64,000 nt of DNA, taken from assembly GCA_951406725.2 (NCBI GenBank), contig OX597819.1:128216001-128280000 (forward strand), read 5' to 3'. Positions 39,372 through 52,689 of the stretch are shown here, in pieces (position 1 is the stretch's first letter; each line of letters opens with the position of its first letter). The position numbers and the translations under genes were made by a program. The notes beneath the pieces were generated by a model. It ran no database searches. It saw only the letters and a list, made by a program, of their open reading frames with translations, and was not told where the DNA came from. Source of the stretch: Octopus vulgaris (lineage: Eukaryota).

Positions 39372-40801
39372 TTGGGTCATCCCATAAATAATGCAATTTT
39401 TTCAATTGCATGAACTAAAAGTCAGATGGGGAGGGGATAAACTTCCTGCATCAACTTGCTATAAAAGCAGTTAGTCATTTTACTTTGTCCTTTTTCTTAA
39501 TGCACATTTTGAACAGTGCAGTTCGATTTTAAGAGTTATTTTTCAAAGCAATAATGGAAGTGACAAGGAGCATATTCGGCATATTTTGCTTTATGAGTCT
39601 AATAAAGGCAAAAACCCAACGGAAAGAACGTGGGATATTAAAACAATATAGGGAGCGATCAATAAGCGTAAGCCAATGTCAAAAGTGGTTCCACAAATTC
39701 CGAGCCGGAAACTATAGCCTAGAAAAGGATCCTGCTCCTGGAAGATCTGTGGAGCTTGACGCGGCTGTCCTTCAAACCTTGGTGGAGCAAAATCCCATCG
39801 TGACTGTTGAAGAACTAACTGAGAAGCTTGGATTTGGCCATTCAACCAGTGATTCAAGTCAGCGCTACAAGGAAAACGACCACCCTTGGTTTCAAGAGAC
39901 CCATATTGGAGTACGGGATTCAAGCATCTTCTCCTTATCTCCTCAAAGAAATACAGCATCTCGAAAGAGTCCAGAAGCTGGCTACCCGCATGGTTCTTGG
40001 TCTCAAGAATTTGTCTTATGAAGAAAGGCTGAAGACGCTCGACCTTTATTCTCTAGAAAAACGACGACGCCGTGGAGATCTCATTCTTGCTCACAACATC
40101 ATAAGCGGAAAGTGTAACCTCTCGAAAGAGCTGTTCTTCACTCCTGCTCCGGAGCGTCGGCTGCGGGGTCATTCCGAAAAGCTCTATCTGCGACGATTTC
40201 ATCTCAATCGAAGGAGAGGGGCTTTCTCCGTCCGGGTTGCGGATCCGTGGAATAAGCTGCCAGATGGTGAAGATGTCGACGACCGCTCGGTTCAAAGTCT
40301 CCCTTGACCTCAAGTGGCCTGAACTCTTTACATGAACACCACCCTGTACATAACTCCATGTCCCCCTACATGGCCTTGCTTTTTGCTTTTTGAGCCAAAC
40401 AATTAACTAACTAAGACAAAAGGTGCTTTTCCAACAGGATAATGCTCGGCCACATACAGCAAGGGTGGCATTCCAAAAACTGGAACAGTTTGAATGGGAA
40501 ACTATGCCCCATCTTCGCCGGGCATTGCCCCATCTGATTATATTTATTCCGCAGTCTTCAAAATCATTTGGGCGGAAACATATAAATTCTGTAGACGTGG
40601 TTAGAACAGTACGGGAGGAGTATTTTTCGTCACAAACAAGCAAATTTTGGAAGTGGTGCCTTGCAAGTGTACTACATAGATGGAAGAGCATTGCAGAAAA
40701 TGAAGGAGAGTACATTTTAGATTAAAAAAGGACTTTGTTTATCTGAATTTTGAAAAATAATAGAAGTATTAAAAAAACTCATTATTTATGGGATGATCCA
40801 A
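39372..40801 (+). mobile_element. Mariner transposon relic with both TIRs and TA target duplication
   Basis: TA|ttgggtcatcccataaataatg ... cattatttatgggatgatccaa|TA; N-terminal QKWFHKFRAGNYSLEKDPAPGRS...TVEELTEKLGFGHST; C-terminal FQQDNARPHTAR...RWKSIAENEGEYILD; frameshifted. Confidence 0.93.
39850..40413 (+). mobile_element. CR1-like LINE 3' fragment nested in the mariner
   Basis: RPILEYG...LERVQKLATRMV..LKNLSYEERLKTLDLYSLEKRRRRGDLI...RGH...FSVRVADPWNKLP; short (aact)n tail. Confidence 0.92.
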
Positions 40802-40894
40802 TATATGAGTTTAAATTTATAGAAAATAGAAAACGAAGACAGATGAGAGAACAAGAAGGTGAAACTGTTCGACGCTTGGGAGGAACGGAAGAGT

Positions 40895-40930
40895 CCTTGA
40901 CGTTTCGAGTCTACGCTCTTCGACAGAAAT
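40895..40930 (-). ncRNA. PLE pLTR remnant with hammerhead-like motif (A6U variant)
   Basis: Minus strand CTGTCGA A gagc gtag actc GAAAC GTC aagg; related to the 29402 motif. Confidence 0.5.
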
Positions 40931-41066
40931 GAATGAGAGGAAAAAATGAATATATATATACATATATATAAATTCAGCAAAATTTAGATTCAGATGAATA
41001 TGGCACTTAATTTAAAGGCACCAGAATTTTGTATGGTATTATCCATATAAATCAAATTGGGTGATT

Positions 41067-41505
41067 ATAATCAAAATAAGCAACAAGGATATCCAAGGTA
41101 GAGTAGTACAATTGCTTCATGCTACTTCATTTTATTAAACACTGTATTACATCAGTTTTAAAATGTCGAGCAATCTTCAGCCACTTATAGAATTTTCTAA
41201 TTCTGACAGATCTAAATAACAAAGTGAACTCAATGATAAAATCTACAAACAGACAGTGAACATACTACTGTCATATTCTTAAGAATGAAATCAACCTCTC
41301 TGTCTATATATCTACCCTCTTTATAATGTTGGCAAATGAAATAGGGATAAGAATGTGCATTGTTTGTTTAATTGGAAAATTCTATAAGTGGCTGAAGATT
41401 GCTCGACATTTTAAAACTGATGTAATACAGTGTTTAATAAAATGAAGTAGCATGAAGCAATTGTACTACTCTACCTTGGATATACTTATTGCTTATTTTG
41501 ATTAT
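41067..41505. mobile_element. PLE-like fold-back insertion, ~135-bp inverted arms each carrying a hammerhead-like fold
   Basis: Arms 41067-41202 and 41370-41505; aagtgg CTGAAGA ttgct...agcat GAAGC aatt GTA ctact. Confidence 0.75.
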
Positions 41506-41530
41506 ATGTATGTATGAATGTATGTCTGTG

Positions 41531-41574
<44 letters not shown>

Positions 41575-42260
41575 GACAAAGAGAGAGAGAGACAGACAGA
41601 CAGACTGACAGACAGACAGGCACACACACAGAGGCAGACAGAAAGACAGAGACAGAGAAACAGAGAGAGAGAGAGACAGGGAGATAGTGGAGGGAGAGGG
41701 GGAGGGAGAGAGAACGAGAGACAGAGAATGATAGCTAGATCAATAGACAGATAGATCCATATTAAAATTTAATAATAGTATGTAACATTACTCAGTAAAA
41801 ACAAATGTATAGCAAAGAGTTTCTTTTTTCATGCATATAGCAAAATATGATGAGAATAGAAAAGCGTAAAAATCTCCAACTGTTTGACTGTTCCAGGCCA
41901 TAGTTTATGGCAGAAGGTCTCATGAGTGAAATTGGAATATTGGGTAGACTGACAAATTAATCAGTTGAATGTTTCACGTGTAGTCTATTTTATAAACAGT
42001 GCAAAATATTGTGATTTAGTATAAAAGAATATCGTGATATTTGTATAAAATGCAATTACCGTACTGGGAACGTGTTGTCAGGCATATTACATACATACAT
42101 GCATATATATGAATATATACATGTATACATACATATATATACACACATATATATACACACATATATATACATATATATACATATATATATACACGTACAT
42201 AAATAAACATATATAGATAATATATATACATATATTTATATACATATATGCCTGTGTGTA

Positions 42261-42300
<40 letters not shown>

Positions 42301-42303
<3 letters not shown>

Positions 42304-42518
42304 TCTTACTCTTTTACTCTTTCACTTGTTTCAGTCATTTGACTGCGGCCATGCTGGAGCAACGCCTTTCAGGTTCCGTCTACCAAATCCACTCACAAGG
42401 CTTTGGTCGGCCCGAGGCTATAGTAGAAGACACTTGCCCAAGGTGTCACGCAGAGGAATTGAACCCGGAACCATGAGGCTGGTAAACAAGCTACTTACCA
42501 GACAGCCATTCCTGCGCC
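42301..42518 (-). mobile_element. SINE family B with internal deletion
   Basis: Head and tail are fused; the middle is missing. Confidence 0.88.
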
Positions 42519-42558
<40 letters not shown>

Positions 42559-42879
42559 GTTAACATACACAAGACACACACACACACACTCACACACGCA
42601 TACATTCATGGGGTTAGTGAATGTTGATAAATGCATGGGTGTGTGCGTTTTTTGAGTATGTGGCTGTGTGTGTTTGTGTTTATTAATGTCAAAGCTGTAT
42701 TTCAGATGAGTGTCCAACGTGTGAACCGTTCCTTAAACGCTTTCTTTCACAGACAGACAACAAATGTGCTTACTTACTAATTTCTGTCTGCTTTGATAAT
42801 TAAAAACATAAATGCCTGCATTTTCACCATATGTGCATATGCACAGAAACCATATGAACGTATTGATATGTATCTTCAA

Positions 42880-42961
<82 letters not shown>

Positions 42962-43025
42962 ATACATATATACATACATATATACATATATAAATATGTA
43001 TGTATATAATAACCATATACATATA

Positions 43026-43065
<40 letters not shown>

Positions 43066-43148
43066 CATATATGTGTATATGTACAGATATGTTTGTGTAC
43101 GTATATATATATATATATATATACATACATATATATATAGAGATATAG

Positions 43149-43191
<43 letters not shown>

Positions 43192-43243
43192 CACATATAT
43201 ATATGTATGTATATATATATATATATGTGTATATATATATATG

Positions 43244-43280
<37 letters not shown>

Positions 43281-43588
43281 TAGCATGGTTGACTGGTTGG
43301 ATATCAGACTGAACCCCCGTGAACTTCATTACCTTCCCCCCTAGTATCTAACAACGTGCTATTTTATCGACCGTAGAATGATTGAAAGCTAATTCCAACC
43401 TTAAACACCACACATTCAGAACCACACATGTTTGACTTTAATAACCCTAATGCTTACTCATTACATTCAACGTAAACATCATATATATGTGTGCGTATGT
43501 GTGTGTGTGTGTGTTTGCATGTGTGTGTGTGTGTGTGTGTAGGCTTACGTCCATACACACACACACGTATGGATAGATATATACGTCT

Positions 43589-43765
<177 letters not shown>

Positions 43766-44331
43766 GTGTGTGTGTGTTGTATATATTTATATATCTGTCT
43801 CTACATATATAAGATGTTGATGTTTACGTAATTATAAGACAAGAAATAATAACTGTTTTTGAACAAAATGTCTTAATTAAGGGTATGTATAATTTCGTTC
43901 GTAACTCTCCATATATATGGTCGGGCGTGTAACACGAAGGTTTCTGCAAATTTTTATCAACCAATTCCACTCAAAACTCTTTTGCTTGCGCCTATATATT
44001 GTAACACAACCTGCCAGCATTGTGCCAGGCAGTGAATTGAACCTGAAGCGACGAAAGGAATTTCAAAACAGTAACGCCATTCCAGTCCCTAAATATTGTT
44101 GTGTGTGTGTGTCTATGTATGTTTGTGAGTATGTTTGTCTAGGGTTGACATCTCTACGTCTTTGAAATGAATGTAATTGGTCGTTTTAGCTGTTATTTTC
44201 ACACTAAGGCGAACTATACCTATTGACGGTTTTATAACATATTCTTAGCAGATAATATTTATCAAATCCCACCACATTTTCATTTAGCTATGTAAGGACT
44301 TTTTCTTACACCCTCATGTGGTGAAAATATT

Positions 44332-44385
<54 letters not shown>

Positions 44386-44414
44386 CACAGGCAAATTTTA
44401 AAAATCCTACCATA

Positions 44415-44818
44415 AATCAAATGAGAAAGTCTCGATCTTTGAGCTGCATTTTCATCTTGAGGAAGAGATGGCAGTCCGCATGTGTTAAATCTGGCGAATA
44501 GGGTTGGTGCGGAAATGATGCCATGTTTTTGGGTGAGAAACTCACGAGTGAGGAGAACTCGGTGACAGGGTGCATTGTCATCGTGAAGAATCCAATTCTT
44601 CGCACTTTGATCGTTTTAGTCGAATGTCCTCCATCACATGCTTCAAAACGTCGTAGTAGGACTCTCGATTGACGGTCTGCTCCTGGGTGACGAATTCTCG
44701 GTCCACAATATCGCGGATGCCGAAAAAGCGATTGTGCTGCGGATGTCGTGCCTCCTTTGGTCGTGGAGATGAAGGGCTATTTCATTGTGAAGACTGCTGC
44801 TTCGTCTCAGGCCGTAGC
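44415..44818 (-). pseudogene. Mariner transposase catalytic-domain fragment
   Basis: Minus strand across frameshifts: PETKQQSSQ...[19 protein letters not shown]...HDNAPCH...HQPYSPDLTHADCHLFLKMKMQLK. Confidence 0.85.
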
Positions 44819-44832
44819 CTGATAGATAGATC

Positions 44833-44991
<159 letters not shown>

Positions 44992-45020
44992 GTAGGTAGG
45001 TAGGTAGGTAGGTAGGTAGG

Positions 45021-45127
<107 letters not shown>

Positions 45128-46689
45128 ATTGTATAATATTTGATATAGATATGTCTATATAAGTAAGCATATACTAATATATATTTGTATAGTATAATAT
45201 ACAATTATATATCTATATGTATGTGTGTGTGTCTATATGTATACACACACACAGACAGACACACATATATACATAGTCAAGCAGAAAGATTGCCTTCTGG
45301 GCGGTTTTCTGCTGGCCACTTGATAATATTTTCACATTTGATTCCCAATTCTAATAATTTTCATGATATTTTACGTTTAATTATTTCTTTGTATAATAGT
45401 GCTCATTTGCTTAGTAAATATTGCTTTGATTATTTTATTAGTCATGATCTTTCTTTTTTAATCAAACATCAAGGTAGACCAACTATGGAAGGGGGAGCAG
45501 GTTGCCAAGTTTTACTTCCCCTCAAAGCAACATAGAGATTCCAATTCAGCAGCCCATCTGTAAGATTTGCAGTGTTTGTGTGATAGGGAGAAAGAGAGAG
45601 GGGAGGAGAGAGAACATTGCAAACAATATATGAAATAAACATGAAATGAAAAATTCGTATAATTAAAAGGGCATTACTACAGATGTATACGCCCGTGACT
45701 TTGCTGCCCATGACATTCAGATAAATGTATACTTTTTAAGGAAATTTTCTACAAATACCGCTTAGATGTTGTGGCTTCAGAATATATAGGGATTTGTGGG
45801 AAAGAATTTTTCCGACGGGGTGGAGAGAGGAGTTTGAGAAAATTCACACGATCCGTCTTTTTTCCATCATGGTTTTCAGGAAAATGGTTATCCTTTAATG
45901 AAAGTTTATACAAATACCTTTCAAGCAGTATAGATTATAATTGTAAAGAAATTTATAGAGGAAATGTTTTCAGAGAGGGTGGTGAGAGGAGTTTAATTAA
46001 GACGGAGTTTCGGATCAGGAAGACCAAATAAGTTAGACCTATTCTGTTTTGACGGGGATTTTCCCCATTCTTTTAAATCCCAGCCGTCGAAATGATGGGG
46101 TGCATGTGGGAGGCATCTTTGTATGAAAAAGTTTTGAAAATTTCTTTTACAATCCCACCCCTCCCTCATCATCTCACTCGGGATTTATTTTGATCAATTT
46201 TTGTTGAACTTCAAAGTCATAGGTGGAACCTTATTGGTAAAGGAAATAAAAAATTGCTAATATTTTCAGAGGGAAAAGTGAATGATACAAAGGGAGATTT
46301 GGCTACTGTTTCTACACATCCCAAGACAATCCATCACATTTCTTTACAAATTTTTGCAACCCACTCCCTGCCCCCGATTGTTTGTTTATAAATCAAAATA
46401 TTGGAGAGTCTGAGAAGGTCATTGTTGGCATTTATCCACAATGATTTAAAGAAAGAGTTGCGTAAACGATAATTCATTTTAATAGCATACTTTTCTGTTA
46501 GAAAATATTTTTTCTTACATTCACACACACGGTTTCGCTTGATGGAGGTGGGGATAAACATTTAGATTACATTTTTTTTTTGTTTTTGTTGTTTATATTC
46601 CACCAATGGACCACGCGTGTGCTACTTCGGTATCATCATTCTATAAAATGTGTTTAATGGGAGAAAAATATTAAAGAAACATTAACATA

Positions 46690-47096
46690 GGCGCAGGAGT
46701 GGCTGTGTGGTAAGTAGCTTGCTAACCAACCACATGGTTCTGGGTTCAGTCCCACTGCGTGGCATCTTGGGCAAGTGTCTTCTGCTATAGCCTTGGGTCG
46801 ACCAATGCATTGTGAGTGGATTTGGTAGACGGAAACTGAAAGAAGCCTGTCGTATATATGTATATATATGTATGTGTGTGTGTGTTTGTGTGTCTGTGTT
46901 TGTCTCCCTAGCATTGCTTGACAACCGATGCTGGTGTGTTTACGTCGCCGTCGCTTAGCGGTTCGGCAAAAGAGACCGATAGAATAAGTACTGGGCTTAC
47001 AAAGATGAAGTCCCGGGGTCGATTTGCTCGATTAAAGGCGGTGTTCCAGCATGGCCGCAGTCAAATGACTGAAACAAGTAAAAGAGAGTAAAAGAG
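46690..47096 (+). mobile_element. SINE family B, full length
   Basis: Near-identical to 32942-33363. Confidence 0.93.
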
Positions 47097-47790
47097 ATAT
47101 GTGAGAGTGAAAAAGGAGGGTGGTTTGAGCTGTGCTAGAAACATCAGCCAAACCCCCCTTGAGTTGTTCACCTTTTCCTCTGAAAATTTTTACAATTTTT
47201 TTTTCTTTACCGAAAATGTTCCTCCCATGGTTTTTAACTTTTTAAAAAATGGCTAAAATTGGTCCAGGTAGTTATTATTGTAAGGCTTATAGCCTTCCAA
47301 AGAGCCATAACAACAAAATCACTACGAAATGTTTTTTTTTATTAATTATAGCGATATATTAAAACATTTTCATTCAATAAATATTGTTTCTACATTACGT
47401 ATTTAGAATAAACTGGGTATTCAAAATGGTGAATTAAAATTTGAAATGAAAACATTGAAATAGAGGGTGAGAGACTTAGGAAATGAAAACGGATAACTCC
47501 GCAGTGAATGCAATGAATATTCAAATTTGGGGAAAATTAAATTTTAGTTCAAATTCAATAAAGTTAAGAAATCGAAATTAAAGGAAAATTTCTTGGAACA
47601 CGAATTTATAGAAAATTTCGGTCAACTCTTTAATAATTTCTTTCTTTTAATACTTTTAGTAACTGTTACATACCTACCTAATTAATAAATAGCTTTCTCC
47701 AGGAAGACATCTCCAGCTGGATAATGACACATTGTCTGTGCCCGGTCAGTATTTGCGGAGGGAAATCATCGTTCCCATTTCTAACCTGAC

Positions 47791-47849
47791 GTGATACACA
47801 CGGACCCGGGTTTCTGAGTATTAACCAGTCATCAGCGTGTGACAATCAC
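47791..47849 (-). ncRNA. Type-I hammerhead ribozyme candidate, canonical core
   Basis: Minus strand gtgattgt cacacg CTGATGA c tggt taat actca GAAAC ccgg GTC cgtgtg tatcac. Confidence 0.8.
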
Positions 47850-47873
47850 TACATATATATATATATACTTCAT

Positions 47874-48020
47874 TTAAAGCAGCAGAAAATTCAACAAAAC
47901 CTGTTACTCTGAGTTTCCCGTTGCCGTTCATCGGACAGTTTTTTTCTAGCAAAAACTGTCCGATGAACGGCAACGGGAAACTCAGAGTAACAGGTTTTGT
48001 TGAATTTTCTGCTGCTTTAA
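47874..48020. mobile_element. Near-perfect palindrome (~72-bp arms), PLE-like; each arm has a U4C hammerhead-like motif
   Basis: Centre ctag at ~47946-47949; aaaaactgt CCGATGA acg gcaa cgg GAAAC tca gaGTA acaggtttt. Confidence 0.75.
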
Positions 48021-48097
48021 GTAAAGCATATTACTCTACCACTGGTATTTGAGTACTCTTTTTTCCACCTTATTTCACATTTATGTGTTTACTCCGG

Positions 48098-48209
<112 letters not shown>

Positions 48210-48655
48210 TAAATGCCTGTGTATGTGTGTGAGTGTTTAAAACACTCAGTTTCCTACTCCCCACCCCTCTCTCTCTTTCTCTCTCTCTCTCTTCTCTCAC
48301 TCTTTTACTTCCTTGCCCAACATATGCTGTTTGTCTTCGTCAAAGATCATTTCTGGCCAACATAGAAACCATTTGTTATCAACTCTCAGTTTCTCAATAA
48401 TTTCACGAATACCGTTTTATGCATTTCAGCCTCACAGTATTCTTGGTTTCAGCTTTACCTTGCCATACTGTATAACTGTTGTTGTTGTTGTTGTTGTTGC
48501 TGCTATTGTTGTCATTGTTGTTTACTTTTTCTTTTCCCATTTATATGTTACATTTTCAATTTTCTTTGCTTTTATTATAATTCTGTTGAAATCATTATGT
48601 TCTTTTTGTTGGTTAAATCGTCATTTCTTTTCGATTTATTACTATCGTTTATTCG

Positions 48656-48831
<176 letters not shown>

Positions 48832-49394
48832 CATCACCTTTCTTTATCATTCTTTCGTTACTTTGTGAGTGACGTGCATGCTACACCGGGTTACTCTAAT
48901 TCACTAGAAAATAATCTGACTTCATGCTCTGTTGAATTTATACCAACCGACTCTCTAAAATATACACTCACTCTATGCTCTACTGAAGGTACTAATACTC
49001 TAGCGAATTCACAAAAGGAAAATAAGATGAATAAATAAATGAATAAATAAATGAATAAATATCTATATAAAAGCTTTCGTCTTCAATGTCATAAGCACAG
49101 TGTTCCCATATTAATTGAAAAATGTTAGAATCGCAAAAGTTAAAGTTAAAGGTGAGAGGACAGATTGATAGATAATATGATCACTTGTAAATAATTATTT
49201 GATTACAATGTAGAGAACATTTTGAGACTGTCTATAAGTATGTTTTTAAATTTGTACGTATTTGCTGTTGTTTTTTACTGACCTCCCACCTCTAAAGTCA
49301 ATTCGGAAGGGTAAGCTTATGATCAAATGTGTTTTAACCATGATCTTTCTCTTCCTATACTGTATTCCTAAGACGAAAATTTGGCTGCTATTTC

Positions 49395-49810
49395 GGATCT
49401 TTTCTGTTTGAACGGCAGTTTTTTCTAGCGGTGTCATATGAAATTGTCACCCATAATTATGACCCTAGTATCGATCTATTGCATTTCAATCTGTTTTAGG
49501 GTTAGGGTTAGGGTTAGGGGTGAGGGAAGGTTGTCTTTTTTTCTTCAGAAATGTAAATAAACCCAATCTGTTTCTTAAACGAGGGAATACGGCACATAAT
49601 GTTTTCACCTCTATAGACGTCATTGATTGGTTGAAATTGCCGAAATGAAAGAAATTAAACAACAAATAGCTTACAAACTACAGAATGTTCTCAATAAAGC
49701 CAAGAGAAAAAGATGTTTTATAAACACATTCTACCAGTATACGAAGTTTAAAAGTGTTTAGTTACAAAGAAATTATTTTTAAAAAACTGCCGGTCAAACC
49801 GAAAAGATCC
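49395..49810. mobile_element. Non-autonomous TIR element with internal (TTAGGG)4; same family as 14955-15413
   Basis: TIRs ggatcttttc(t/g)gtttga(a/c)cggcagtttttt; the right ~220 bp match the arms of the 14955 MITE; TTAGGG x4 at 49496-49519. Confidence 0.88.
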
Positions 49811-50314
49811 AAATTTGTTTCTAAACTTGTACGTATTTGCTGTTGTTTTTACTGAACTCCCACCTCACAAGTCAATTCTGATATGATCAAATGTGTTTTA
49901 ACCGTGATCTTTTTCTTCCTATACTGTATTTCTAAGACGAAAATTTGGCTGCTATTTCTTGAAAATTATACGAATACACCGATAAATTCTCATTGGATTG
50001 CTGTATGTTTTATTCATCTCAAGAGCAAGAGGCGACATTCGCAGCCAAACCAAATGAGCTTTGAATTTAGGATATAAATGAACACTTGTGTTTAGTTAGT
50101 ATGGTGTTCTACTGTTTCTGTTGAATTCACCTACTAATATAATCAACAATGTCTCCATCTCTTTGTTTGTCTGTCCATCTACTGTGGTAATTTCATTATA
50201 TATGACGCTCGTATAAATATTACCAGAGTTCGTTTAGTTGATTCAGTTAAGATGCTTTCACCGTGCATACATTTCGTTTTCCATGTGTGTGTATGTGTGT
50301 GTGTGTGGGGGGGG

Positions 50315-50539
50315 CTCTTATTCTTTTTACTCTTTTACTTGTTTCAGTCATTTGACTGCGGCCATGCTGGAGCACCGCCTTTAGTCGAGCAAATCGACCC
50401 CAGAGCTTATTCTTTGTAAGCCTAGTACTTATTCTATCGGTTTCTTATGCCGAACCGCTAAGTTACGGGGACGTAAACACACCAATATTGGTTGTCAAGC
50501 AACGATGAGGGGACAGACACAGACACACAAACGTATACA

Positions 50540-50595
<56 letters not shown>

Positions 50596-50758
50596 CGACG
50601 GGCTTCTTTCAGTTTCCGTCTACCAAATCCACTCACAAGGCTTTGGTCGGCCCGAGGCTATAGTAGAAGACACTTGCCCAAAGTGCCACGAAGTGGGACT
50701 GAACCCGGAACCATGTGGTTCGTAAGCAAGCTACTTACCACAGAGCCTCTCCTACGCC
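50315..50758 (-). mobile_element. SINE family B, full length
   Basis: Reverse copy; gctacttaccacagagcc is duplicated just outside its 5' end. Confidence 0.92.
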
Positions 50759-51591
50759 TAGCTACTTACCACAGAGCCACTCGTGTGTACGTTCATTTTG
50801 GTTTTTGATTATTTAAAGGGCTGTCTTGTAAGGGAAGAGATGGTTCCTGACAAAGATGCTAAGCTCCATCATTAGAATATAAATAACAAAAACAATGTAA
50901 CATTCTGAAATTAAGAATGTTTTGCATATTTCAACTGTTCCACTTACATACTGTATTTGTACTGTGCATATTCACTGGCTGATTTTTTTTCTGAATCCCC
51001 TAGCTCTTCCAAATTGTTACATGGGCATTTACTAACGAAACTAAGTGCACCAATTATAGTAGGCATACATGTGAATTTATAAACTATGATGTATGTATTT
51101 GTGTATGTATATTCTATTATCTATTAAATAAGTACAGTTCACTGCGAATAGCGAAGTGTTAGGGTCCAGTCAACAGGCCGAAAGGTCAATACTTCGGATC
51201 ATATATCTGGCACTGCACCTTTTCTCGTGGATAGGGCTCGCGACTCCCGCTGTTGCAGTAGAATAGGTGCACTCGATTGGAGGTTCCACTAATAAACGTG
51301 AGTGATATGTTACTTTGTTAATTTGGCAGGGCTAAGTTAAAATTCTGAAACCTGGAAAAATGTTCTAAAATGAATGCAGTTTATAATCCATTGAAGGGTA
51401 CGTATTATCAGCCTGCATCAAATGATTTTAATGAGTTCAATACCGATTTTATACCTAAGCAACATCCACTTGGAATAATTAATTATACAAACCCTGTGTA
51501 TATTACTGGTACTTATTTTTATCAGACAAGAAATATTAAATGCAAAGTTAGTTGTGAAAGAGTAAGGGGCATGTAAGCTATATATATATAT

Positions 51592-51955
51592 ACACGTCCA
51601 CCGTATGAAGGATGGTCGCATTCCAAAGGACATTCTCTATGGGGAGCTGGCATCTGGAAGAAGAGCCACCGGTCAACCTTGGCTGCGATACAAGGGAAGG
51701 CTCTTGTCATCAACGCAGAATCCTGGGAGAGCCTCGCAGCTGACCGTCTAACTTGGGGGAGTACTCTCAAGTCAGGGGAAATGAGGTTAATGAGCATAGC
51801 AGCAGACGAGCGAGCCCGGTGAAAAGAAATGCAGTAAGTCCAACAGAGCAAAGATCATATATAAATGTGCTTAATGTGACAGATACTGTCACTCACGTAT
51901 GGGCCTGTTTAGCCACTGGAGACGTTGCTCCAGCTGCGCAACGTAACTTGTGCTA
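51592..51955 (+). pseudogene. RTE-clade LINE C-terminal fragment
   Basis: HVHRMKDGRIPKDILYGELASGRRATGQPWLRYK...INAESWESLAADRLTW...YKCA*CDRYCHSRMGLFSHWRRC. Confidence 0.9.
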
Positions 51956-52438
51956 GTTGTGTCGACTTTGAAGAAATGAAGACTACATTAGACTCGTGCA
52001 GAAGTCAATCTCAGATTATATAACGTTAAATTCAAAACATGGTAAAGCAAATAAAAATGAAGAAACTAATGCGACAGCGTCGACGTGGTCACCATGACGA
52101 CAACGAAAACATCAGATTAATGTATGGAGTGTACAACACGCAACCATGTTTATTTAACACTAAAACTAAGAGGCTTCACACGTATGTAAGTAATTAACGA
52201 CAGTTAGATGTTAATCCATTAAAGAATGTATTTCGTCATAAATATCCACCGTTTTATAAGGAATAAATTTCATTTGCTAATAGTGTACACAAAAATGTAT
52301 GCCGATGTATATGCGCATAATTCACACGCACATACTTGTACAAGTTAGACAAAGAGAGACACACACATGTATGAATGAATGTAGTATGCAAGCATGTATG
52401 TATATATGTAGGCGCACACGCACACACACACAGGCATG

Positions 52439-52469
<31 letters not shown>

Positions 52470-52504
52470 CCATAATGAGAGAGATGTGTATATATGCATA
52501 ATTC

Positions 52505-52680
52505 TTTCTACAATAGGCATAAGGTCAGCAATTTCGAATGGAGTGTCTAAGTCGAATATATCGACCTCGGCGCTCAAGTGGTGCCTATCCTTTCGACTCC
52601 GAAAGGCAAATTTGACCTCGGCGAAATTTGAACGCAAACGTAAATACAGACGAAATGTCACTAAATGTTTTGCCTGACTC
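52505..52680 (-). mobile_element. Diverged SINE family A
   Basis: gaaaggcaaatttgacctcggcgaaatttgaac...cagacgaaat. Confidence 0.7.
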
Positions 52681-52689
52681 GACACGTAG

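Noticed and set aside
45290-46200. Possible transposon remnant with repeated gggtgg(a/tg)agaggagttt
   Set aside because: No termini, TSD or protein motif could be identified by eye.
49496-49519. (TTAGGG)4 as a telomere or chromosome-fusion scar
   Set aside because: Only four units, lying inside a TIR-bounded element.
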